Shown here piece by piece: positions 1-8,965 of a DNA stretch of 64,000 nucleotides. Position numbers and translations under genes: made by a program. This DNA is from Candidatus Nanohalarchaeota archaeon (GTDB lineage Archaea; Nanohalarchaeota; Nanosalinia; Nanosalinales; JAFCCC01): NCBI GenBank assembly GCA_017610385.1, contig JAFCCC010000002.1, forward strand, positions 94,570-158,569, given 5' to 3'. The notes under the pieces were generated by a model. The model was not told the DNA's origin. It did no database searches and saw only the letters and a program-made list of their open reading frames with translations. Position 1 is the stretch's first letter. Each line of letters begins with the position of its first letter.

Positions 1-1
1 A

Positions 2-970
2 AATGAAAGGATTTCAAGTTTCAAAATATATGACGAAAGTAAAGGGGAACGAGAAGAGGCGCTTAAAGCAGATTTTATTGATTTGGTGGATATTCAAACA
101 GGAAGACATAGTTTGTTAACTATGCAGAGCGAAAATATTTTTCCAACTATTACTGCTGATTTTTATAGAATGAAAAAACCAGAGGATTTAAAAACTGGTG
201 CTCCGATGGGAAATTTGCCTGAATCTGAAAAAGCCATGTTAAGAAAAAAATGGTATTTGTATGACAAATGGAAAAGTGAATACCAACAGGTGGTTGCTGG
301 TAAAGTTAAGGATCTTGATATGCGATTAAATTCAATTTTAACATCCATTAAACAGAATGAGGAAGGAATTAGACCATATGTCAGAACATTAGTAGAATTA
401 CGTGGTACATCTACGGAAGAGTTAGATCGTATGACAGATCTTCAGATGATGCAAGGATATTCTTCAAGCTGGAGAGGTATGAAATTAGTATGCTACAAGG
501 CCGTGCGTGAAAATCCGGGTGGAGGAGATTCTCATTATGATGTTTTGGTTGTTAATATAGATCATCTTACGCTTGCCAATACTGAACAGCCTGCAGCTCC
601 TGGAGCTGGTGGTGCAGCATTGATTTTAAAATTTAAAGAATATTTGGTTTGTAAACATGTTTTTGATTTAGCTTTTAAGCCACAAATTGATAATAAAAAG
701 GGTGAAGTTGAAAAATTCATGGATTTATATACGGGAAAATCACCATGGATAGATACAATTAAAAAATTAGAGCCACATTTAAAAACAGTTAAAGAATTTA
801 AGAAATCTGCGAAACCCAGTAAATGGGCCTACGCAATGGGAAAAGCAGATGGATTCTATGTTCGTTTAGAAGAATTAGATGATTTAAGAACGAAACTGGT
901 TGGGCCACCACATATATCTCCTCTTTATCTAGATTTGAAATATGCAATAGGAATGTTTGTAACAAGCTAA
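2..970 (+). CDS. hypothetical protein, 5'-partial
   Basis: The frame stays open from nt 2 to TAA 968-970. The TTG at 83 in the ORF track is therefore probably internal and the gene starts left of the window. No motif recognised. Confidence 0.5.
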   Translation, partial: NERISSFKIYDESKGEREEALKADFIDLVDIQTGRHSLLTMQSENIFPTITADFYRMKKPEDLKTGAPMGNLPESEKAMLRKKWYLYDKWKSEYQQVVAGKVKDLDMRLNSILTSIKQNEEGIRPYVRTLVELRGTSTEELDRMTDLQMMQGYSSSWRGMKLVCYKAVRENPGGGDSHYDVLVVNIDHLTLANTEQPAAPGAGGAALILKFKEYLVCKHVFDLAFKPQIDNKKGEVEKFMDLYTGKSPWIDTIKKLEPHLKTVKEFKKSAKPSKWAYAMGKADGFYVRLEELDDLRTKLVGPPHISPLYLDLKYAIGMFVTS

Positions 971-1063
971 ATTGCAAATATAATGGGGGATTTTTTATGA
1001 GTTTGATTGAAATCATTTGATATTTCAGTTGCTTTTATAATTCACGGATGACAAGAATATTTT

Positions 1064-3100
1064 ATGGGCTCGGTTTTGGAACAATTTCGAGAATTTCTTA
1101 GAGGAGAGCATAAATCAAAGAGACTGTATCATTATTTGGGTTGCTCATCTGGAGCTCCAGTTTCTGATAAGATACCTGTTTTATTGGGCAGACGAGCGGG
1201 GTGGGCCACGCGGCAAGGAGCCAATTTTATAGAATTGTTTACAGGACCGCCTTCTGAGTTGATTATGGAAAAAGAAGAATTAATTAATACTGCGGCCAGA
1301 TTAGGCCTTAATTATTCTATTCATCCCTCTGAGCAATTGGGCTTAGATAGTTCTTATGTCATGGCGAGAAATGGATATTTAATTGCTCAAGAATATTTAC
1401 GAAAAATCATAATTTATGCGGGATTATTAAAATTGGGGTTAATCGAGCGATTTAAAAAAGAAAGATTAAATACAGATGAAGTTCTTACTTCAATTAATAT
1501 TCACATTTCAAACAAGCCAATTCCACCTTTTGCTGAAAAATTGGCGGGGGATGTTTCTCTGGATCCATTTGGAAATGATATTAGAAAAGTACGATTGAAA
1601 AATGAAAAAGGAAAAGAGATTCCTCATCCGATTTTCTCAAATAAGTTATTCAGAGAACGACTTTGGAAACACTATATTTTACCGAATGAGGATAAACTGA
1701 TATTAGTAAGATTATTGGCTGAAAAAATAGCTAGAAAGCCCTTTGAAAAAATTTTTGAGAGCTATTTTAATAATCTTTTACAAAATCAACAATTTTCAGA
1801 AGACGAAGAAAAAAATAAAGAGATTATAAAAAAAGAAATGGCATTCCCATTTGATATACGATTTAAACGCCATACAAATTTACAAACGCCCGCAGTTGAA
1901 CATACCATACAAGACAAAAACATGTTTAAGGCGGTGGAGAAATCGTTTATAGAAAAAATTGATGGGATAGAAATTTTATGGGGAGGTCGTGTTGAATGTT
2001 TGAATCCAGATAAAATTCTTCAAGAATCTTTTTTGTTTAGGGAACTTTTGCCGAGATGGATGCCACACGCAAAAGAAAAACCAATTAGAGATATTTGGGA
2101 AGGAATTGTTGGTAAAAAATATAATGGTTCTGAAAAGGATGTCACTCAAGCTGAAAAAAAGCTTATAAAACTTCGTGCAGCTGTCAGAGGAGAACAAAAA
2201 ATTATAGCAGCTTCAGCAGGCGCATATACTTGGGGACATCTTACTCAATACACGGATTGGGCTCCGGGAGTTCCAGAGTATGATGGAAGCAATAAAAAAA
2301 AGCCTAAAAAGGCCACATTAGCTGAGCTTTTGGCACATTTTAAAATTCAAATTACCCTAGAGTGTCATATGTCGGGGGGGTTAGGAGAAACTATACGAAT
2401 TTTTGCTCCAGAGGATGTTCTAGTTATTGCAAAAGCCGTAAATGAAACTAAAAGTCCATTAACAAAAAAAACATATGATATTGCAAGAATAACCATTGAC
2501 ATGGAACAGATTTCAACAATGGGTGTAGATCCTATTTGGATGATGAAAGGAGATAAAGCACAAGGATTCAAAGGATTATCCATTAAAAAACAAGATGGAA
2601 AATTCATTAGAGTGGTGCACGTCACACACCCCTATATTATGATGGGTGGTTCTGGACACCAACACGGACCAATAAGAAGAGGGGATACGCAGGTATTCAA
2701 ATATCTTTACCTGATGAATGAAAGAGGAATGGGAAGTCGCGAAAATGAAAAAACAATTATAATGTATGAAATTGGAACTGAAAAAGCAGAATCTGTTTTT
2801 ATGATAAGATTGATGATTGAAATGATTGAAGCAGGAATAACTCCAAAAGATTTAAAAGTTGAGAACATTCAAGAGTTAATGGATAAAGAACCACGAGATT
2901 TAAAGGAGAAACTGATTCAAGAATTCTTTGGATTGAGTGAAGCTGAAATGAGACAAGAATGGGCACAAATTCAAGAGCATACTACAGACCCGTTAAAGGG
3001 GATGTTAGGATCTACAAAACCAGATCATACTTGGACTGGAAAAGCGGCACTAGATCGAAGAAATGCTCCAGAAGAATATAAAGGAGAACAATATAAGTAA
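1064..3100 (+). CDS. large xylose-isomerase-like TIM-barrel / AP-endonuclease-2 superfamily-like protein with a big internal insertion (tentative)
   Basis: Strand-end motifs occur in the order seen in endonuclease IV / sugar-phosphate isomerase barrels: ANFIELF, YSIHPSE, INIHISN, ITLECHM, ITIDMEQ, VVHVTHP..GHQHGPIRRGD, IMYEIGTE. About 270 aa are inserted between IHIS and LECH. Assignment is by motif order only. Confidence 0.4.
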   Translation: MGSVLEQFREFLRGEHKSKRLYHYLGCSSGAPVSDKIPVLLGRRAGWATRQGANFIELFTGPPSELIMEKEELINTAARLGLNYSIHPSEQLGLDSSYVMARNGYLIAQEYLRKIIIYAGLLKLGLIERFKKERLNTDEVLTSINIHISNKPIPPFAEKLAGDVSLDPFGNDIRKVRLKNEKGKEIPHPIFSNKLFRERLWKHYILPNEDKLILVRLLAEKIARKPFEKIFESYFNNLLQNQQFSEDEEKNKEIIKKEMAFPFDIRFKRHTNLQTPAVEHTIQDKNMFKAVEKSFIEKIDGIEILWGGRVECLNPDKILQESFLFRELLPRWMPHAKEKPIRDIWEGIVGKKYNGSEKDVTQAEKKLIKLRAAVRGEQKIIAASAGAYTWGHLTQYTDWAPGVPEYDGSNKKKPKKATLAELLAHFKIQITLECHMSGGLGETIRIFAPEDVLVIAKAVNETKSPLTKKTYDIARITIDMEQISTMGVDPIWMMKGDKAQGFKGLSIKKQDGKFIRVVHVTHPYIMMGGSGHQHGPIRRGDTQVFKYLYLMNERGMGSRENEKTIIMYEIGTEKAESVFMIRLMIEMIEAGITPKDLKVENIQELMDKEPRDLKEKLIQEFFGLSEAEMRQEWAQIQEHTTDPLKGMLGSTKPDHTWTGKAALDRRNAPEEYKGEQYK

Positions 3101-3163
3101 GATTGTTACTATGAAGTAGAAAACTATATATATCGTAAGAAACAATACACAGGTAGTGGAGAA

Positions 3164-4426
3164 ATGTCATCAAAAAAAACAACTAAAGCTAAAAAACCTG
3201 AAACACTTTCCTCAAAAACTGTTTTAAAAAATGGTAAAATTGATTTTACAAAACTAGATAATTCTAAAGAAGCAAGACTTGCAAGTGTTGATAAATTTGC
3301 AAAAGAATTAGTCAAAAAGTTAGGTGATAAAGTAAAATGTGTTGTTGTATGGGGTTCTGTAATTCGAGGAGAACATACCCCGGAAAGTGATATTGATACG
3401 TTTGTTTTATTAGATGATACAAAATTAGCCGAAGATGTTCCTTTGGATGTCAAAGAAAAAATACGGTGGAAGGTTGCAGATTTAGCAAAAGAAATTGATC
3501 CTAGGATTACTTTACAATATTTTACGTTTTTAACAGAGTTTTGGGATGACATGCGACACGGAGAACCATTGGTTATTGATGTTCTAAGATGGGGTCATAT
3601 TATTTATGATGTTGGAATTTTCGCTCCAGCTAAAAAATTATTAGAAAGAGGAAAGATTTCTTCTAGTAGAGAAGCTATTATGAGAAGATTGAGTATAGCC
3701 TCTTCTGGCTTTAAGCAATGCGATTATAGATTAAAAAAATCTATTCCATTTCAATTAGAACAAATTATGGCAAATGCCGGTCAAGCACCAATAATGATTT
3801 TAGGAAGTATCCCTCCTGGAAAAGAAGCTATTGGCAAAACATTAGATGAACTTTTTGTAAAAAGCAAAATGTTAGAAAAAGAATATGTGGATCTTGCTAA
3901 TGATATTCATGAATTCGCGAACAAGGCAGAAAAAGGAAAAGTCAAAGTTACAGGAATGCTGCTTGAAGAATATATGAACAAAACAGATAAATTTATCAAG
4001 AGAATGTATGCGCTTGTTAGTCAATTAGGGAATAGAAGGAAAGCACAAGATTTAATTGAAACTTACAAATTATTTTTGAAAATTAATGTTGCGGCGTTAA
4101 AATCAAAGGGAATTGATCCGCCAAAAAACAAAGAGGATTTACCTAAAATTATAAGAAACAATCTACAATTTAAGGAGTCTTATTTGAATTTATTTGGTCG
4201 CTGGGATGATTTAATGGAGAAAATAAAAGAGAAGAAACTGAAAGAAATTGATGGTAAAACTATTTATGAATTAAAGGGGGATACAAGAGCATTTATTTCT
4301 GAAATTGGCAAAGATTTACGGAAAGCTGGAGTGGGTGCATTTAAAAAGAGTGATACCAATTCAAATAAATTATCTGGTAAGGCAAAATCAACTAAAAAGA
4401 AGTTAAAGCCAGCGAAATCAAAATGA
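3164..4426 (+). CDS. nucleotidyltransferase-fold (Pol-beta/MNT-like) domain protein with a long helical C-terminal region and Lys-rich tails
   Basis: Classic NTase signature GSVIRGEHTPESDIDTFVLLDD (hG[GS]..D.D). The remainder is helical and Lys-rich. Confidence 0.65.
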   Translation: MSSKKTTKAKKPETLSSKTVLKNGKIDFTKLDNSKEARLASVDKFAKELVKKLGDKVKCVVVWGSVIRGEHTPESDIDTFVLLDDTKLAEDVPLDVKEKIRWKVADLAKEIDPRITLQYFTFLTEFWDDMRHGEPLVIDVLRWGHIIYDVGIFAPAKKLLERGKISSSREAIMRRLSIASSGFKQCDYRLKKSIPFQLEQIMANAGQAPIMILGSIPPGKEAIGKTLDELFVKSKMLEKEYVDLANDIHEFANKAEKGKVKVTGMLLEEYMNKTDKFIKRMYALVSQLGNRRKAQDLIETYKLFLKINVAALKSKGIDPPKNKEDLPKIIRNNLQFKESYLNLFGRWDDLMEKIKEKKLKEIDGKTIYELKGDTRAFISEIGKDLRKAGVGAFKKSDTNSNKLSGKAKSTKKKLKPAKSK

Positions 4427-4461
4427 AATTTGAAATATATTTATTAGATTAAGTCTAATTT

Positions 4462-5049
4462 ATGTCTATGAGGATTATTCGTCATATAACGATTAATTTT
4501 ATGAAGAAATTCAATTTTAAAAATAAATCTCTTCAAATTAGTTCATTTCTTGCAGGACTTGCAGTTATTGCGTTGATTATAGTTTTATTGTACTCATCAA
4601 CACAAACTGAGGATGTATCGAAATTAATTCTTTCTAAAAATATAGAACCTTTTGAATTAGTGGATAATTCTACATTAAATACGGCTCTTTCTTCTAATAT
4701 CATATCACAAGGTATTGAAGAAATTGGAACAGGTGTTTACAATGTTAATAATGCTTTCGCAGCATATTTACAAATAACTAAATTTAATAGTCAAGAAAAT
4801 GCTAAGAAATATTTTTCTGAAAAGGTAACTTTTTGGAAAGAAAAGAGTCAGAAATATGAGCAAATGAGTTTTTCTCAGGTTAAAATGACCAATAAATTAG
4901 TTTTACAAGGAATCACGAAAGGAACAAAAACATCAACCTATGACTACGTTTGGAGAGATAGAATTTTTATTTACGAGGTATCTGGTAAAAAATTAGACGT
5001 AAATTATCCCTTAAAACTAAGTAAATTGCTTTGGGGTGATTTTCAATGA
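4462..5049 (+). CDS. membrane-anchored hypothetical protein
   Basis: N-terminal TM helix (SSFLAGLAVIALIIVLLY). The stop overlaps the next start (ATGA). The true start may be the internal MKKFNF (nt 4501). Confidence 0.55.
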   Translation: MSMRIIRHITINFMKKFNFKNKSLQISSFLAGLAVIALIIVLLYSSTQTEDVSKLILSKNIEPFELVDNSTLNTALSSNIISQGIEEIGTGVYNVNNAFAAYLQITKFNSQENAKKYFSEKVTFWKEKSQKYEQMSFSQVKMTNKLVLQGITKGTKTSTYDYVWRDRIFIYEVSGKKLDVNYPLKLSKLLWGDFQ

Positions 5050-7172
5050 AAGTATCAGCTTTAATGAACTTTTCAGCTTTGCTTTTACTTTGCCTTCTTG
5101 CAATTGTAAGTCTAAATCTTATTGAAAATGTATTTGGTGCAGAGAGCTATATTACTCCCAATGGAAAATGGTTTAGTATGGACAATGTCGAATTTAAAAT
5201 TGATATGGGCGGTTTGGACCCTGAAGATTATGTTAATTATAGTTGTAACTATGAAATCATTGAAAATTCAGATGTTTGTCCTGAAAGTGAAACACAATTT
5301 ATAGAATCATTGGGCAGCTCTGGAAATATAACTTGTGACCCTGGTGCCCTATGCAATAAGGTAGTATGTTATTATTGTAAAGTTAATCGAACTAATAGAA
5401 CCCGAATTCATGATCCAGAAAGCAATAAGCCGTGGAAATTCATCTGGTTTGTTGAAAATTGGACTGAAATCTACGGAATAAACAGAAGTGACCCTTTTAT
5501 AATTAATATACCAAATGGCAGTATTGAGGTAACTGTAAATAAAACATTAGAAGGAGAATTAATTCTTGGTGCGCCAGTTAATATTATTTTAACTGGGACT
5601 GTTAATTTTTTAACTCAAACGATTCCTGTCGATGTTATGCTAATAATGGATAGGTCTGGTAGTATGTCCGGAGATAAAATAACACAATCAAAGACAGCAG
5701 CAATTATTTTTACCAATCAAATATTATCTAAAGATAGAATAGGACTAACTTCTTTTGCAAGTACTGCAACCCTAGAAGCAGGACTGACTACAAATAAAGA
5801 TTTGGTAAAAACTAAAATTAATTCCTTGGTTGCTTCTGGTATGACTGCAATGGGTGATGGAATGTATGTCTCACTCAAGGAACTAGAAAATAATGCTCGT
5901 TCTGACGTACTAAAATTTGCTGTTCTATTAACAGATGGGCATCATAATTCCGGCAGTAAAACACCTTTAGAAGAAGCACAATGGGCCAAAAATCTTAATA
6001 TTTCTATATATACAATTGGATTAGGCGCGGGAGCAGATGAAAACCTATTGATTAAGATTGCTAGCGAAACCAATGGAAAATATTTCTTTTCTCCGACCGA
6101 AGAAGAATTAGGTAATATTTACCAGCAAGTTGCTCAAGATATTTATGCAAGAGCAAGTAACAATAAAATTTATGATTTTCTACCTCTTTCTGCTGAAGTA
6201 ATAGATTCAGATGGCGGCACAGTTAATCAAATTACCTTAAATGAAGAAACATATCGCATAATTGCTTGGAATCATGGTTTAATAACTCCCTTAACTCCTT
6301 TGCTTATTAATTATACTGTGGCTTTCCATGAGTTTGGAGAACAACAAATTTGCTTTGAAAATAAATCTGTTATTTCATACGCCGATGTTGATGGATCAAA
6401 ACAATTCAAATATTTTCCATTGATTAATGGTTCTAAGACTGTACAAATACCATATATTGATCTTGCATTTTTAGACTTGGATGGCATAGTTAAAAAAGAT
6501 TTAAGTTCTAATTTAAACTCTGTTATTTTAAATAATGGAACTATTACGTCTATACCAACCAAAATTGCGTTTTATAATAAAAGTGCTTTGGGAAATAAGT
6601 TTGGAACAGTAGAAGTTTCTTCTTTGGTAGTAAATGCTTCAGATGAATTTACTTTTATCTGGAACATTCCAGACAATAATACCTTAAAATATGAAATTTA
6701 TGGTGTTGTTGATCCTTATAATGAAATAGAAGAACCTAATGAAGATAATAACATACGAGAATTCATATTGTGGAATGATTGGACTCCACCACAAGTATTC
6801 TGTGATCAAGCATATGAACAAGAAGATGTTAATTTGATTTTCTCTCCAAAAATCAAAGATGTGGGTGCTGGTGTTGGGCGTGTACGACTTTGTAAAGATG
6901 CTTATTGTAAAGAAGTGTTTTGCGAATATGATGGAAATGAAACCAGTTCGTGTGTATATGCTGTTGATGAATGTACATTTGAGAATGTTGGATTTTGGAT
7001 ATTTGCATCAGATAAAGCATTAAATACTAATTTAACGTATTGCGGGGATATTGAAGTTAAAAAATCACTTAATTGTGTGTGTTCTTACTCTACTGAATGT
7101 GATTCTGGTCTTTGTGAGGGGGGGCCAACACTTTGTACAGAAAATCCCATACCACAACTATACTTTATATAA
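5046..7172 (+). CDS. secreted vWA-domain / CARDB-domain protein with a Cys-rich C-terminal domain
   Basis: Contains a signal-like N-terminus and the vWA MIDAS motif DVMLIMDRSGSMSGDK. A CARDB-like module ends in DPYNEIEEPNEDNN. The C-terminal 133 aa are Cys-rich and end in PQLYFI. Confidence 0.8.
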   Translation: MKVSALMNFSALLLLCLLAIVSLNLIENVFGAESYITPNGKWFSMDNVEFKIDMGGLDPEDYVNYSCNYEIIENSDVCPESETQFIESLGSSGNITCDPGALCNKVVCYYCKVNRTNRTRIHDPESNKPWKFIWFVENWTEIYGINRSDPFIINIPNGSIEVTVNKTLEGELILGAPVNIILTGTVNFLTQTIPVDVMLIMDRSGSMSGDKITQSKTAAIIFTNQILSKDRIGLTSFASTATLEAGLTTNKDLVKTKINSLVASGMTAMGDGMYVSLKELENNARSDVLKFAVLLTDGHHNSGSKTPLEEAQWAKNLNISIYTIGLGAGADENLLIKIASETNGKYFFSPTEEELGNIYQQVAQDIYARASNNKIYDFLPLSAEVIDSDGGTVNQITLNEETYRIIAWNHGLITPLTPLLINYTVAFHEFGEQQICFENKSVISYADVDGSKQFKYFPLINGSKTVQIPYIDLAFLDLDGIVKKDLSSNLNSVILNNGTITSIPTKIAFYNKSALGNKFGTVEVSSLVVNASDEFTFIWNIPDNNTLKYEIYGVVDPYNEIEEPNEDNNIREFILWNDWTPPQVFCDQAYEQEDVNLIFSPKIKDVGAGVGRVRLCKDAYCKEVFCEYDGNETSSCVYAVDECTFENVGFWIFASDKALNTNLTYCGDIEVKKSLNCVCSYSTECDSGLCEGGPTLCTENPIPQLYFI

Positions 7173-7357
7173 AAAATAGAATATTTAACTCATTTAACTC
7201 ATTTTAGAAGACAATATTTCTTTTAGAATATAATGTGGGCTTGTGGTTACTGTAAACATAATTATTTGATAGTATGTCTATCTTATTTGATAATACATCT
7301 CTCTTTTTTCAAAACAGAGTAGTAAACTATATTTATCAACAAAATCTAAATTAGGTT

Positions 7358-8965
7358 ATGAGAGAACATTTAATACTTTTATTAGTATTTTTTCTAATTG
7401 TTGGTGGAACTGTTTCTGCAGAGGAGAATATATTTTATAACGGAGGAATGAAAATCGAAACACAAAAAATACATTATCTTCCGGGAGAGTCTTTTGAGGG
7501 GAGTGCAATCCTATTTAATGAAGAAAATTTTCCATTAATTAGTGCATATTTGATAGTAGTTCTTCAGGAAGGATGTGAAAAACCCACTTATCCTACACAA
7601 TTCTCAGATTGCGATAATATTTTTTTAGAAGATAAAATTGAAAATATAAATTTGGGTGCAAATTCACAAAAAAGAATTGATTTTTCTTACAAATTGCCAG
7701 AAAATCTCAAACAAGGAGTTTATCGGGCGGATTTCTATTTTAAAACAAATAGAACGCCAATAGTAGGTCTTCCATTTATTTTAAGTGGAAGCAATTATGT
7801 GAGCTTTACAATAGATGGATCCGCGCAATTCCCTTCTGTAAAAATACTAAGAACCAAAACGTATTTTAAAGGAGTAGAACGTGAATTGGGCGTTTGGAAG
7901 AATGATTCGGAATACCCTAAGTGGCCCTGGAGTGCAGGACCAGTTGGAATTCCAGTAGAATCACAAATTATTGGAAATGTTAGTATTCAAAATGAGATTT
8001 CAACCGCAACAGACAACTTAGAGCTTCTTGTTTCTGTTTATGGGTGGGATGACACCTCGTCTGAGTTAATCTCTTCAAAAAAATATAACTTTTCACTTAA
8101 TCCCTCAGAACAAAAAATCATCCCAGTAGAATTAAATGCTCCAGAAAAAGCAGGAGCATATACCATTAGATTAGAAGTTCTGCAAGACAATCAGAAACTT
8201 TCTGTTTATAAAACAAGGGTAATTGTTATTGGAGAAACTGCGAGAATAAGAAAACTTTATGTGAATAAACCTTATTTTAAGGAAAATGATGCGCTTCAAA
8301 TTAATATGCTAGTTGGTACTTCGCCAGATCATTATACAAAACCTACAATGAAGGATTTAACTGCTTCTGTAGAAGTAATAGATTTATCTACTGGTGCTCT
8401 GGTTCTTCGGAGCTCTAAAAAAATCAGTGAACTATCTTCGGAAAACAAATTAATTTTGGTAAATTTCACAAAGAAACTCAAAAAACAATTAAGCAATTTT
8501 AAGGTTACTGGAAAAATCGTTTCTTCAAAAAAGGAAGTTTATGATGTGTATGAAATCGTAGTGAATTCTGAAAATTTCGTTTCAGGTGTGGATAATATAA
8601 CAGTCGCTTTGGAAAATTATGACTCTGAAACCAGAAATTTAACTATAAAAATCTGTACTTTTAACAAAGATCAAATACCGGTAAGTACAGAGATTCAAGC
8701 AATTTTGCGGGATGACTTGAATATCATAAAGAATCAAAAACTAAGCTGTTCTCCTTGTACATATCTAAATTTCATTGCAGAAAAACAGAATTACACATTA
8801 TTTGTAAGTGCAAATAAACAACAATTTAATTTTCCAATTAGTGTACCAGAGAACTCAATTTCAACAAATGATAAAGAATCTTCAAGTTTGATTTGGGGAT
8901 TAATTGGTGGGGCGGCAATTATTGTTTTAATAAGTTTGTTCTTGCTTTGGAGAGGGAAAAAATGA
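7358..8965 (+). CDS. secreted surface protein with a C-terminal transmembrane anchor
   Basis: Contains an N-terminal signal peptide (LILLLVFFLIVGGTVSA) and beta-rich CARDB/S-layer-like repeats. The C-terminal TM segment plus basic tail is LIWGLIGGAAIIVLISLFLLWRGKK. Confidence 0.7.
   Translation: MREHLILLLVFFLIVGGTVSAEENIFYNGGMKIETQKIHYLPGESFEGSAILFNEENFPLISAYLIVVLQEGCEKPTYPTQFSDCDNIFLEDKIENINLGANSQKRIDFSYKLPENLKQGVYRADFYFKTNRTPIVGLPFILSGSNYVSFTIDGSAQFPSVKILRTKTYFKGVERELGVWKNDSEYPKWPWSAGPVGIPVESQIIGNVSIQNEISTATDNLELLVSVYGWDDTSSELISSKKYNFSLNPSEQKIIPVELNAPEKAGAYTIRLEVLQDNQKLSVYKTRVIVIGETARIRKLYVNKPYFKENDALQINMLVGTSPDHYTKPTMKDLTASVEVIDLSTGALVLRSSKKISELSSENKLILVNFTKKLKKQLSNFKVTGKIVSSKKEVYDVYEIVVNSENFVSGVDNITVALENYDSETRNLTIKICTFNKDQIPVSTEIQAILRDDLNIIKNQKLSCSPCTYLNFIAEKQNYTLFVSANKQQFNFPISVPENSISTNDKESSSLIWGLIGGAAIIVLISLFLLWRGKK

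Noticed and set aside
8893-8961. Upstream extension of the Cys-rich protein ORF (track start 8893).
   Set aside because: The extension overlaps the preceding gene by 73 nt and lacks a signal peptide. The ATG at 8962 overlaps the upstream stop (ATGA) and yields a canonical signal sequence.
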